Shown here one piece after another: positions 9,562-18,319 of a stretch of 64,000 nucleotides of DNA. The notes under the pieces were generated by a model. That model saw only the letters and a list, made by a program, of their open reading frames with translations, had not been told where the DNA came from and searched no databases. The stretch spans positions 13,360 to 77,359 of the forward strand of contig CAYYUG010000008.1 in assembly GCA_964474755.1 (NCBI GenBank), written 5' to 3'. Position 1 is the first letter of the stretch. Each line of letters begins with the position of its first letter. The translations under genes were made by a program, and so were the position numbers. Source of the stretch: an uncultured Rhodospirillaceae bacterium. GTDB taxonomy: Bacteria; Pseudomonadota; Alphaproteobacteria; UBA8366; GCA-2717185.

Positions 9562-10383
9562 CTACGTTTCGTCCGCGAAACGGGCGTCGCGCCATGCAAT
9601 AGCCGCCTTCACCCCCTGCTCCTTGCGGATGCGGGCGAATTCACGTTTTTCCCAGGATGGCGTCGCGTTGATCTCAACATCGATATCAAGACTGGTCAGC
9701 AGCGCTTGACGCAGTCCCATGATTTCATAACTCCGGTTGATCGCCTGCTTGGTCAGTTGTACGGACACCGCCGCGGATTGCACCATCTTGCGTGCCATGC
9801 TTTTAGCCTTGAGCAACGCTTCATCTGACGGCACGACGCAATTTACGATTCCCATTCGCAGCGCGTCCTCTGCGCTGACCCGATCATCTCCGGTGAGCAG
9901 CAATTCCTTGGCTTGTTTAGGGCCAGTGATCCAAGGCAGCAACATGGCGACGATACCTGTGCCGAAACGCACCTCCGGCTCACCAAACATTGTGCCCTTG
10001 GCCGCTACCGTAATGTCGCAGGCGAGCGCCAGTTCAAACGCGCCGGCGAGGCAATACCCCTGCGCCACGGCGATGGTCGGTTTCGGGCAGTCCCAGAATT
10101 TGATGATGAAATCGAACTGCAACGCCATTTGCGAACGTATCTTGTCGACGCCGTCGAGATTGCGCTCCGCCGAGGCCTTAAGATCGAAGCCGGCGGAAAA
10201 TGCGCGGCCAGCACCCTGGACAATGACGGCTTTGACGCCGTCATCTGTAGAGAAGCGGTCCATCGCCGACATGCATTCGTACATCATCTCGTTGTTAAAC
10301 GCGTTTAATGCCTTGGGTCGGTTGAAAGTCAAATAACCTATGCCGTTCTTGACTTCCGTCTGGATAAATTTTTCGGTCATCAC
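9562..10383 (-). CDS. Enoyl-CoA hydratase/isomerase (crotonase) family protein
   Basis: 273-aa ORF with crotonase motifs LTFNRPKALNAFN and VIVQGAGRAFSAGFDLK. Its start overlaps the upstream LLM stop by 4 nt. It ends with a TAG stop. Confidence 0.85.
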   Translation of the reverse strand: MMTEKFIQTEVKNGIGYLTFNRPKALNAFNNEMMYECMSAMDRFSTDDGVKAVIVQGAGRAFSAGFDLKASAERNLDGVDKIRSQMALQFDFIIKFWDCPKPTIAVAQGYCLAGAFELALACDITVAAKGTMFGEPEVRFGTGIVAMLLPWITGPKQAKELLLTGDDRVSAEDALRMGIVNCVVPSDEALLKAKSMARKMVQSAAVSVQLTKQAINRSYEIMGLRQALLTSLDIDVEINATPSWEKREFARIRKEQGVKAAIAWRDARFADET

Positions 10384-11399
10384 GCCGCCCCAATTTCGAA
10401 CTCGTTCGCCAGCAATTTGTAGGAATGCTTGCGTGCATCGAGGCCGTGCGTCCAGGTCAACACAGAAATCTCTTCGACTCCTAACTGTTCCACAAGTTTC
10501 CGCAACTGTCTGCCAACGACGTCAGGTGTGCCGACAAGCGCGGTCTCGCGCAACTGATCTAACCGCGCCTGTTCCGCCGGGGTGTAGGCCTGTCCTGCCG
10601 CCATCTCTGGCGATTCAATCGGCTGCAGCTGGCCTTGATCCCTCAGTAGTCGCGAGCGGGCGCGCGACATGAACTGAAAGTGCGCCTCTTCATCGGTCTC
10701 GGCCAGGAGCGCCCAAACGCAGATTGCGGTCTCAGGTTCCGGATGGCGTTGGCTCGGCTGATAGTTTTCGCGATAAAGCGCCAGAGCCTGTGCGCAGGCC
10801 CGCCCCTCAGTAATGAAATGAGCGAAGCAATAGGGAATACCGAAATGTGCTGCGACCTGTGCGCCGTAATCGGACGTCCCCAACATCCACATCTCCGGAA
10901 CAGTTTCTCCGGTCGGGAAGGCTCGGATCGTGCCAAACGGATGTCCTTCGGGCAGCGCGTCGTCCGAAATCCAGGCTAGCAAATCACGCACTTGCGCCGG
11001 GAATTGCTCCGCCGCCTTCGCCGCATTGGGGTTAAGGGCGTAGGCTGTCCGCCCGTCCGAGCCCGGCGCGCGGCCGAGCCCTAGATCGATGCGTCCCGGC
11101 GCAATCGCGTCCAATACACGGAACTGTTCAGCCACCTTCAACGCTGAGTAGTGCGGCAGCATGACCCCCGCACTGCCGATGCGGATGCGTTTAGTTGTGG
11201 CTGCAATTGCCGACATGACGATCTCAGGTGCACTGCCCGCGATGGTGTCATGATTATGGTGCTCGGCGACCCAGAAGCGACTATAGCCGAGGTCCTCGCA
11301 GTATTTTGCCAGAGCGATGGTCTCACGGATCGATTCCGCCTGCGCGCGGCCAGCGATGGCGACGGATTGGTCTAGCACGGAGAGGCGGCGAACGGTCAT
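10380..11399 (-). CDS. Luciferase-like (LLM class) flavin-dependent oxidoreductase, YhbW/MsnO8-like
   Basis: 339-aa ORF with N-terminus LSVLDQSVAIAGRAQAESIRETIALAKYCEDLGYSRFWVAEHHN and GRIDLGLGRAPG, typical of this LLM subgroup. Confidence 0.8.
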   Translation of the reverse strand: MTVRRLSVLDQSVAIAGRAQAESIRETIALAKYCEDLGYSRFWVAEHHNHDTIAGSAPEIVMSAIAATTKRIRIGSAGVMLPHYSALKVAEQFRVLDAIAPGRIDLGLGRAPGSDGRTAYALNPNAAKAAEQFPAQVRDLLAWISDDALPEGHPFGTIRAFPTGETVPEMWMLGTSDYGAQVAAHFGIPYCFAHFITEGRACAQALALYRENYQPSQRHPEPETAICVWALLAETDEEAHFQFMSRARSRLLRDQGQLQPIESPEMAAGQAYTPAEQARLDQLRETALVGTPDVVGRQLRKLVEQLGVEEISVLTWTHGLDARKHSYKLLANEFEIGAA

Positions 11400-11585
11400 G
11401 GAACTGCAACGGCCTCAATACCGCGACACGCAATAACGCAACGCAAATCCCTTCATTTCCTTTCTTGAGCCGCTAAGGGCGAAAAGGAAACCTCGCGTCA
11501 ACAGAGCGTTATACCCATCTGCCTCGACGCGTGACGCTTGGGATAGGAGTAGACGACGGTTAGCTGCAGCAACAATGCGCATTCT

Positions 11586-12770
11586 CTAAATTACCTTCTC
11601 CTCGGCCAGAGCTGCGATCGCTGCATCGCCCATACCTAGCCAATCCACCAAAACGTCTTCATTATCTGCACCCGGTTCGTGAAAGAATTCCAACGGCACC
11701 GGCGGAAACTCCGACAGGCGGATCGGCGAGCTTGGCAGAACGATATCACCGATGTAGGAATGGCTCATCCGGTTCAGCATGCCGCGCTCATGCATGTGTT
11801 CATCGTTCATCACCTCGCCCACATCGCGCACCGGGGCAACCGGGATGCGGTTCTCACGGATTAGGCGGTAGGCCTCATCCTTACTGCGTTGCGCAGCCCA
11901 GGCGCCAATCATCTCGTTGATCTCCGCTTCGAAGCGATAGCGCAGCGCAGGGCTACCATACTCCGGATCGTGCGCCAATTCCGGGCGGCCGACCAGTTCC
12001 ACCAGTCGATGCCACTGCGGCTCACTTACCACAATCAACGCAATCCAGCCGTCCTGACACTCGTAACGTCCATAAGGCGCACTATTTGCCGCTGTTTTAT
12101 CGCCGCGTCGCTCCGGCAATTCACCGGTACGGTGATAGGAGGCGAACTCGCTGGATAATACGAAATACATTGCCTCCTGCATGGCAACCTCGACACGGGT
12201 GCCCTTACCGGTCGCATTACGCGCTATGAGCGCACTCAGGATGCCAGCATAGAAATGGATGCCACCCATAATATCGCTCGGCGTACCACCCGCCCGCGCA
12301 GGCGGTCCACCCGTCTCGCCAGTAATGCTCATGACACCCGCGGCCGCCTGCACAGTGTGGTCCATGGCAAGTTGGTCCTTGTCCGGACCGGTAACGCCGT
12401 AACCAGTCGCCGTTCCGTAGATTAGCTTCGGATTTACCTCCCGCATAACGTCCCAGCCAAGACCGAGCCGGTCCATCGTACCAGCCGCGAAATTCTCTAA
12501 CATTACATCGGCTTCCTTAGCCATTTCCTTCAGCAATTCCTTGCCCTTGGGATGCTTCAGATCAAGGGTGAGGCAACGCTTGTTGGAATTGAGCATCGCG
12601 AAGGCAAGCGGTGTCTCCGCGCCCTGGTTGCGTCTAATACGGTCGCCCGCATGGCTTTCTACCTTGACTACATCCGCCCCAGCCATGGCCATAAGAAACG
12701 AGGCGTAAGGGCCCTGATAAATTTGCGTAAGGTCAAGCACTTTGATGCCCTGAAGGGGTGTGTCCTGCAT
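11586..12770 (-). CDS. Family III CoA-transferase (CaiB/BaiF family)
   Basis: 394-aa ORF with N-terminus LQGIKVLDLTQIYQGPYASFLMAMAGADVVKVE and overall length characteristic of CaiB/BaiF/Frc-type CoA transferases. Confidence 0.85.
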   Translation of the reverse strand: MQDTPLQGIKVLDLTQIYQGPYASFLMAMAGADVVKVESHAGDRIRRNQGAETPLAFAMLNSNKRCLTLDLKHPKGKELLKEMAKEADVMLENFAAGTMDRLGLGWDVMREVNPKLIYGTATGYGVTGPDKDQLAMDHTVQAAAGVMSITGETGGPPARAGGTPSDIMGGIHFYAGILSALIARNATGKGTRVEVAMQEAMYFVLSSEFASYHRTGELPERRGDKTAANSAPYGRYECQDGWIALIVVSEPQWHRLVELVGRPELAHDPEYGSPALRYRFEAEINEMIGAWAAQRSKDEAYRLIRENRIPVAPVRDVGEVMNDEHMHERGMLNRMSHSYIGDIVLPSSPIRLSEFPPVPLEFFHEPGADNEDVLVDWLGMGDAAIAALAEEKVI

Positions 12771-12902
12771 AACGATCCTTGATTGTTGTGGCGCGCCATT
12801 AAAGACGCTGAAGCCGGAAGGGGGAAGTCCCCCACCACTGGCTCACCTCCAAGACACAGACTATCATGTAAAGCTCGGGCATCTCCGAAGGGGGCTTGAT
12901 GT

Positions 12903-13724
12903 ATGGCATCACCGCTGCATAGGGTGGACTGCAGTAGTTCAGCCGCTGACATCGTCCCCATCCTTGAACGCGATGGGGCCGTCATCGTCGAAAAAATGCT
13001 CGCGCCCAACTTGCTGACACGCCTCAATCATGATCTCGACAGCATAGTTGCGGAAACGCCGCCGGGTGTGCGACACCCGACTGAGGACGATATGGTCTCT
13101 TTCTATGGCAAAGCGACCGTGCGGGCCGATGGGTTGCCGGGAAAATCGAACGCGTTCCTCGACGTCATGCAGCATCCGCTGCTCTTGGGTGTCGCGGATC
13201 ATTTCCTGTTACCAAATTGTGACGACTACCTACTCAACACCGGCCAGCTTATCGAGATCGGCCCAGGCGAGAACGACCAGCGGCTGCATCGTGACGAGGG
13301 CGTGTGGCGGCATCTGAGCGATCCAAAGCCGGATCTACAAATCGAGGCACTGTTCGCACTGTCCGATTTCACCGAAGAGAATGGCGCAACGCGGGTCGCA
13401 CCCGGGAGCCATCGCTGGCATAAAGCTCGCGAAGCGAAAGCAAATGAAATCGTGCAGGCAGAGATGTCAGCAGGATGCGCCTTGTTTTATCTCGGCTCGA
13501 CAATCCATGGCGGTGGAGCCAATCGAACGAAGTCCATACGGCGGCGGGGCATGTTCATCGGCTACGTGCTCGGTTGGCTGCGCACCGAGGAAAATATGTT
13601 CCTCTCCGTGCCGCTGGAGAAAGTCCGCACAGCGCCGCGCCGCGTGCAGGAGCTTCTGGGCTACAAGGCGGTGCGAGCCCTGGGTGTTGTCGATGTCGGC
13701 GACCCAATGGCACTCCTCGACTGA
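12903..13724 (+). CDS. Phytanoyl-CoA dioxygenase (PhyH) family Fe(II)/2-oxoglutarate oxygenase
   Basis: 273-aa ORF with an H-x-D metal motif in QRLHRDEGVW, a distal His in LGSTIHGGGANRT and PhyH-like length. Confidence 0.75.
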   Translation: MASPLHRVDCSSSAADIVPILERDGAVIVEKMLAPNLLTRLNHDLDSIVAETPPGVRHPTEDDMVSFYGKATVRADGLPGKSNAFLDVMQHPLLLGVADHFLLPNCDDYLLNTGQLIEIGPGENDQRLHRDEGVWRHLSDPKPDLQIEALFALSDFTEENGATRVAPGSHRWHKAREAKANEIVQAEMSAGCALFYLGSTIHGGGANRTKSIRRRGMFIGYVLGWLRTEENMFLSVPLEKVRTAPRRVQELLGYKAVRALGVVDVGDPMALLD

Positions 13725-13761
13725 ACCAGACATTTTCAACAACCTGTCTGGCTGCTACGCT

Positions 13762-13791
13762 ATCACCCTCACTTCACTGAACGAGGGTGAT
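13762..13791 (+). promoter_or_regulatory. Perfect 9-bp stem hairpin whose 3' arm contains the Shine-Dalgarno-like GAGGGTGA of the downstream gene
   Basis: ATCACCCTC (13762..13770) and GAGGGTGAT (13783..13791) are exact reverse complements separated by 12 nt. The ATG at 13794 follows 2 nt later. A second hairpin, CAGACA-N12-TGTCTG, lies at 13727..13750. Confidence 0.5.
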
Positions 13792-13793
13792 AA

Positions 13794-14312
13794 ATGCCAT
13801 ACGTTCCCCCGACCGGACCACCCAGCCGGATGACTAGCCAGCGTGTACGCGCCCATTGCCCAGAACTGCTCGACGGGCTGAACAGTTTCTACGAGCGGAT
13901 ATGGCGCAGCACCCGCGTCGATGCAGGCATTAAAGAGCTAATTCGACTGCGCTGTGCGACGGTTAATAACTGCGGTTATTGACTAAACTTTCGCTACGCT
14001 GCGGGTCAGCGTGCCGGAATGACGGAAGAGAAGCTGAACCAAGTCCATGACCCGGAGAGCCGCATTTTTACGGAACGGGAACGGGCGGTACTACAATTCG
14101 CTGGCGCTATGGCGAAAAATGATACCGAGAATGCCGACGAACTGTTTGCCGAGATGCGCCGCTTTTTTGACGATGCACAACTGGTCGAAATCGGTTTCGT
14201 TGTAACGACGCTGCACGGCATGAACCAGTTCAACAACATGTTCGGGATCGAACCAGAAGAACAGCCCATGGTCAGCTATACGGGCACCGACCGGCCAGAA
14301 GCGGCTGAATAG
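13794..14312 (+). CDS. Carboxymuconolactone decarboxylase (CMD)/AhpD-family protein with in-frame UGA at 13980..13982; candidate selenoprotein (C-G-Y-U motif), otherwise a nonsense-disrupted pseudogene
   Basis: ORFs 13794..13982 and 14019..14312 share one frame, and no other stop lies between them. The joined sequence ...LIRLRCATVNNCGY[UGA]LNFRYAAGQRAGMTEEKL... places the UGA where the family has the second Cys of CxxC. A SECIS-like hairpin follows. Confidence 0.6.
13989..14019 (+). promoter_or_regulatory. SECIS-like stem-loop immediately 3' of the in-frame UGA
   Basis: UUUCGCUACGCUG (13989..14001) pairs with CAGCGUGCCGGAA (14007..14019). That is 10 Watson-Crick pairs, 2 G-U pairs and 1 C/C mismatch. 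The apical loop is CGGGU (14002..14006). The stem starts 7 nt after the UGA, and the loop begins 20 nt after it. Confidence 0.55.
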
Positions 14313-14350
14313 AACCAGCGCAAAGCTGGAAGACGAGACGGAGGATCACA

Positions 14351-15187
14351 TTGGCCCCAACATTTCAAAGCGCGCGCCTCGACATCGCCAACACAGGCGT
14401 CGCGACCTTTACCTTAAATCGACCTGAAGCGTTGAATGCCCTTTCGCCCGACCTAAAAGAAGACTTTCAGACGATGGTCGATTTCGTCGACGGCAATGCG
14501 GACATCAAGGCCTTGATCCTGACCGGCGAAGGCCGCGCCTTTTGCGCCGGTGGCGACGTAAAGGGAATGACAAACCGACTGGCCGATGGTCCGGGCGCTT
14601 CGCGCCAGGGTATTCTTGAAGTGCATGGCTGGCTGCAGCGTCTGCATAATATCGACTGCGCCGTCATCGCAGCAGTCGATGGTTTAGCCTTCGGCGGTGG
14701 TTTCAGTCTGGCGCTGGTCGCGGACTTCGTCTTCGCGTCGCCAAAAGCAAAATTCTGCTCCGTCTTTTCACGCATTGGACTAATGCCAGATATGGCGCTG
14801 GCCTACACACTGCCAAGGGTCGTTGGCGCCGCGATGGCGAAAGACCTGATGTTCACCGGCCGCAGCATTTCCGCCAGAGAAGCGAAAGAATTGGGCATTG
14901 TCCATTCGATCATTGAGGAAGGCGATGTGTTGACCGCAGCCCAGGACTATGCCGCGCGCATCGCCATAGGGCCAAAGACTGCGGTCGCCCTGTCAAAGCG
15001 CCTGGTGAACAAGACCTTTCAAAGCAATTACAACGACATCGCCGATGCCGAGGCTGACGGTCAAACCCTTCTATTCAACAGCGATTTCGCACAGGAAGCT
15101 GTCCGGCGTTTTGTTGAAAAGGAACCACCGCTATACAATTGGGACACGATGAATAAGAACGCAGACTGCCAAGACGATCAAATTTAG
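14351..15187 (+). CDS. Enoyl-CoA hydratase/isomerase (crotonase) family protein
   Basis: 278-aa ORF with a TTG start 5 nt after GGAGGA. Crotonase motifs are FTLNRPEALNAL and LILTGEGRAFCAGGDVK. Confidence 0.8.
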   Translation: MAPTFQSARLDIANTGVATFTLNRPEALNALSPDLKEDFQTMVDFVDGNADIKALILTGEGRAFCAGGDVKGMTNRLADGPGASRQGILEVHGWLQRLHNIDCAVIAAVDGLAFGGGFSLALVADFVFASPKAKFCSVFSRIGLMPDMALAYTLPRVVGAAMAKDLMFTGRSISAREAKELGIVHSIIEEGDVLTAAQDYAARIAIGPKTAVALSKRLVNKTFQSNYNDIADAEADGQTLLFNSDFAQEAVRRFVEKEPPLYNWDTMNKNADCQDDQI

Positions 15188-15378
15188 TGCAACGGGCCAG
15201 TTGGTTCTGTGTTTTCCAGCGCCTCAATCGCCATGATTATCTCGTGCCAGGTCGCGGCTTCACGCACGTCGCCCTTGTCGAGAAAATCCTCAGTCTTAAG
15301 CGCCGCGTAAACGGCGGCTTCATCGCCATACTTTTCCATCAGAAACTTGGCGCGCACCCATATTTCTCGACCGCTCAT
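15184..15378 (-). CDS. Small conserved hypothetical protein (64 aa)
   Basis: This is the C-terminal part of the 232-aa ORF 15184..15882. An ATG at 15378 is preceded by a perfect AGGAGG (complement of 15383..15388). The sequence MSGREIWVRAKFLMEKYGDEAAVYAALKTEDFLDKGDVREAATWHEIIMAIEAL resembles small helical proteins common in Alphaproteobacteria. The upstream part of the long ORF is antisense to the enolase-superfamily gene. Confidence 0.55.
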   Translation of the reverse strand: MSGREIWVRAKFLMEKYGDEAAVYAALKTEDFLDKGDVREAATWHEIIMAIEALENTEPTGPLH

Positions 15379-15525
15379 CGAACCTCCTAACCTTCGGATG
15401 TCCCGAAGCGAGCAGCAAAAGAATACCCGATCTTCACATGTGCTGACTACCATGAACACACTGACTTGCGCACCACGCGCCGGCAGCCGAGGATATCGTG
15501 TCGTGCAAACATGGGAGCCAAAGCC

Positions 15526-16614
15526 ATGAAAATCGCTGCCGTCGCCGTTGAAGTCCTGGAGGTCTCCGTCGAAGACGCCTATGTCGCAGCCGGCCGGATG
15601 GTTGATGCCAACTGGCATGTTTTGGCGCGGATCCGCACCACGGATGGCACAGAAGGCTTCGGCTACGTCGTAAAACTCGGCGCCCAGTTGGTGCAGCCGA
15701 TTGCGCAAGCAGCTCGAGAATTGGGCGAAAGCTTGGTTGGGATGGACGTGCTCGACACCGAAGCTGCGTGGCAACAGATGGTCCGGACCGGCAAATGGGT
15801 CGGGCCAGGGGGCCTCTTGCACTGGGCCATCGCACCATTGGACATTGCGATGTGGGACGCGGCGGGCAAGGTCCAGGGGCAACCTATCTGGCGGCTGCTC
15901 GGCGGATTTCGTGACTTTATCCCCGCCTATGCAAGCGACCGTTTATGGTACAGCCTTAGCTATGACGAATTGGCTGAATCGGCCCGCAATCACGCAGCAA
16001 ACGGCTATTCCAGCATCAAGCTACGGCTCGGAAAAGATATCAGCCCAGCGGCGCAAGCGGAGCGGGCTAAGATTGCGATTGATGCGGCCGGTCCAGGTGT
16101 CGCCGTCATGGTCGATGGGACGGAAAGCTGGGATCTGTCCTACGCTCGGGCAACCGGCAGGGCATTACAAGAAGTCGGCGTGACCTGGCTGGAGGATCCG
16201 CTGCACCACGAAAACCTAGAAGGTCTGGCCTGCCTCGCCAGCGTACTCGATCTGTCGGTAACCGGTGGCGAAAACCTATACACGCTGCACCAATTCCGCC
16301 ACACCTTAGAGGCGCGGGCCGTAGATATCCTGATCCTCGACTTGTTCCGGGTCGGCGGCATCACGCCCTGGCGCAAGGCGGCGGCGCTCGCCGAAACACA
16401 TAGGGTACCGTTGAGCGGTCATGTTGCGCCCGAATTCCATCTGCACCTGCTGGCCGCTGTGCCACATGGCGAAATCCTAGAATACATGCCGCGCAGCAGC
16501 GCTATCCTGAAGGCAATGCCGGAACCGGTAAACGGTGTGTTGACCGCGCCGAACGGGCCAGGGCACGGACTGGCGTTGGACGAGACAGCAGTCAAAAAAT
16601 ATCGGGTCGGATAG
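15526..16614 (+). CDS. Mandelate racemase/muconate lactonizing enzyme family protein (enolase superfamily)
   Basis: ORF 15466..16614, with a likely start at MKIAAVAVEVL (15526). Blocks SSIKLRLGK, VAVMVDGTESWD, VTWLEDPL and ILDLFRVGGIT fit the enolase-superfamily barrel with its metal ligands. Confidence 0.8.
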   Translation: MKIAAVAVEVLEVSVEDAYVAAGRMVDANWHVLARIRTTDGTEGFGYVVKLGAQLVQPIAQAARELGESLVGMDVLDTEAAWQQMVRTGKWVGPGGLLHWAIAPLDIAMWDAAGKVQGQPIWRLLGGFRDFIPAYASDRLWYSLSYDELAESARNHAANGYSSIKLRLGKDISPAAQAERAKIAIDAAGPGVAVMVDGTESWDLSYARATGRALQEVGVTWLEDPLHHENLEGLACLASVLDLSVTGGENLYTLHQFRHTLEARAVDILILDLFRVGGITPWRKAAALAETHRVPLSGHVAPEFHLHLLAAVPHGEILEYMPRSSAILKAMPEPVNGVLTAPNGPGHGLALDETAVKKYRVG

Positions 16615-16640
16615 ACCCTATCGACACATAGGATCCACAC

Positions 16641-17837
16641 GTGCCTGGTGAATCGCATACCCTGACACGCCCTGGCGCCGCCGCCTTCCTGGTGATGTTC
16701 ACGCTCGATGCGACGGCACGGGCACTCCTCATCACAGTATTGCCCCTGCAGGCCTACGCGTTGCTCAAGGATGCACAACTGGTCAGCGTTCTCTATTTTG
16801 GCGCCAGCGGGCTCGGGCTTTGCGCCAGCCTCTCCGTACCGTGGCTAGTTCAGATAGTCGGCCGCCAGGGTGCCGTGATTGTTGGCAGCCTATGCCTTGC
16901 GATCGCTGCAGCTCTGTTCAGCCTGCAGGAACTCTGGGCGTTACCGGCTGGTCTTGTTCTACAAATGTTTGGCGGCGCGGCAATTACAATCTGTCTCAAT
17001 CTGTACGTCCTCGAAATCGTACCCACCTCGACCTTTACCCGCTTTGAACCCAACCGGATGCTGCTAGCTGGGATCGGCTGGATGACTGGCCCACTGCTTG
17101 GCATCACCCTGGCGGAACGCGTCACCCCTTGGCTGCCATTCGCCTTGAGTGGCTCAATTTCACTACTACTGCTCGCCTATCTACTTCTGATCGGCGCACC
17201 ACGTAATCCTTCCAGCCGCAAAAGCGCCAGCATGGGCACCAATCCCCTTCGCTTCGTGCGCCGTTACTTTGCACAACCGCGGCTCACTTTGGCCTGGCTA
17301 CTGTCGGTCGGGCGTTCCGCCTGGTGGAACATGTTTTTCATCTATGCACCAATCTATGCAGTCGAGACCGGGCTCGGCAAAGAGGCAGGCGGCCTCATCA
17401 CTTCGGTTGGGTCCGCCGGACTGTTTACGGTCACCTTCTGGGGTTGGATGGGACGGCGCAATGGTATCCGCTGGCTACTGATTTTGGGCTACGTGGCAAC
17501 CGCCATCACGAGCGCGTTTGCCGGTCTAACGATGGCGTGGCCGCTGGTCGGTGCAGCGTTCCTGATCACATCCGCCTTCGCTGCCAGCATCACCGACGGC
17601 CCCGGGAACGTTCCCTTCCTGCGCGCGGTGCACCCACACGAGCGCGCTGGAATGACGAGCATCTACTCGACATATCGTGAAGCCGGACGGTTGGCGGTTC
17701 CCGCCGTCTACTCGGTTGTGCTACTGGTCTTACCGCTATCCGCGGTGTTCATTGCAAGCGGTGCCACGATGCTCGTCCTAGCCCACTTCTCTCGCTATCT
17801 GCCCCGCCGTTTCGGCCGCGACCGCCACACGGGTTAG
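16641..17837 (+). CDS. MFS transporter
   Basis: 398-aa ORF (GTG start) that is highly hydrophobic with about 12 predicted membrane spans. The composition and length are MFS-like. Confidence 0.7.
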   Translation: MPGESHTLTRPGAAAFLVMFTLDATARALLITVLPLQAYALLKDAQLVSVLYFGASGLGLCASLSVPWLVQIVGRQGAVIVGSLCLAIAAALFSLQELWALPAGLVLQMFGGAAITICLNLYVLEIVPTSTFTRFEPNRMLLAGIGWMTGPLLGITLAERVTPWLPFALSGSISLLLLAYLLLIGAPRNPSSRKSASMGTNPLRFVRRYFAQPRLTLAWLLSVGRSAWWNMFFIYAPIYAVETGLGKEAGGLITSVGSAGLFTVTFWGWMGRRNGIRWLLILGYVATAITSAFAGLTMAWPLVGAAFLITSAFAASITDGPGNVPFLRAVHPHERAGMTSIYSTYREAGRLAVPAVYSVVLLVLPLSAVFIASGATMLVLAHFSRYLPRRFGRDRHTG

Positions 17838-17886
17838 CAGCAACATTGGGTTCACATACCATCCTGGTTTATCGTAAAGGAGAACG

Positions 17887-18309
17887 TTGCAAACGAAACG
17901 GATCCCTTGGATGCTAAACCGAGACGAACTGATTGATCTGGTCGAGAAGCGCTATTTCAACGCGATGGATCAGGGACGACTTGACGAAACGCTTGCCTGT
18001 CTGTCCCCAGATTGCGTCTGGCGTGTCTATCCGGCTGGTGCGGTATTGAATGGGCGAGATGGCGAAATCCGCGATGCTTTCGCAGACGCTATTGCTCATT
18101 ACAAAAGCATGTGGCATGGCAATTTCGAATGGACCATCGACGAAGCGGCACAACGTGTTGCCGCGAGCTTCGACGTGCGCCTAATCGACAAGGCAGGCAA
18201 GGAGACCAAACTAAAAAACGTCAAGTTATTTCAAGTGGAAGAGGGCCGCTTCACCCATCTCGACCTTTATTTTTCAACCACAGAAATCATTGTTTCCAAA
18301 CCAAATTAA
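17887..18309 (+). CDS. SnoaL-like / NTF2-fold protein
   Basis: 140-aa ORF. LIDLVEKRYFNAMDQGRLDETLACLSPDCVW fits the NTF2-like cone-fold family. Function is unknown. Confidence 0.55.
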   Translation: MQTKRIPWMLNRDELIDLVEKRYFNAMDQGRLDETLACLSPDCVWRVYPAGAVLNGRDGEIRDAFADAIAHYKSMWHGNFEWTIDEAAQRVAASFDVRLIDKAGKETKLKNVKLFQVEEGRFTHLDLYFSTTEIIVSKPN

Positions 18310-18319
18310 GTGAAAACGC

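Noticed and set aside
9565-9582. Hairpin CGTTTCG-N4-CGAAACG between or over the convergent lactonase and crotonase 3' ends
   Set aside because: It lies inside the crotonase coding sequence and has no U-tract on either strand. It may help termination, but the evidence is too thin for a terminator call.
13980-13982. Alternative genetic code (TGA = Trp) as explanation for the split CMD gene
   Set aside because: TGA terminates many well-delimited genes here at family-typical C-termini (hyuA, GMC oxidoreductase, lactonase, LLM 10380). The standard bacterial code therefore applies.
15379-15882. N-terminal 168 codons of the 232-aa minus-strand ORF 15184..15882
   Set aside because: This part is antisense to the enolase-superfamily gene and Pro/Arg-rich. 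A perfect AGGAGG plus ATG at 15378 defines a plausible 64-aa protein instead, so only the short version is kept.
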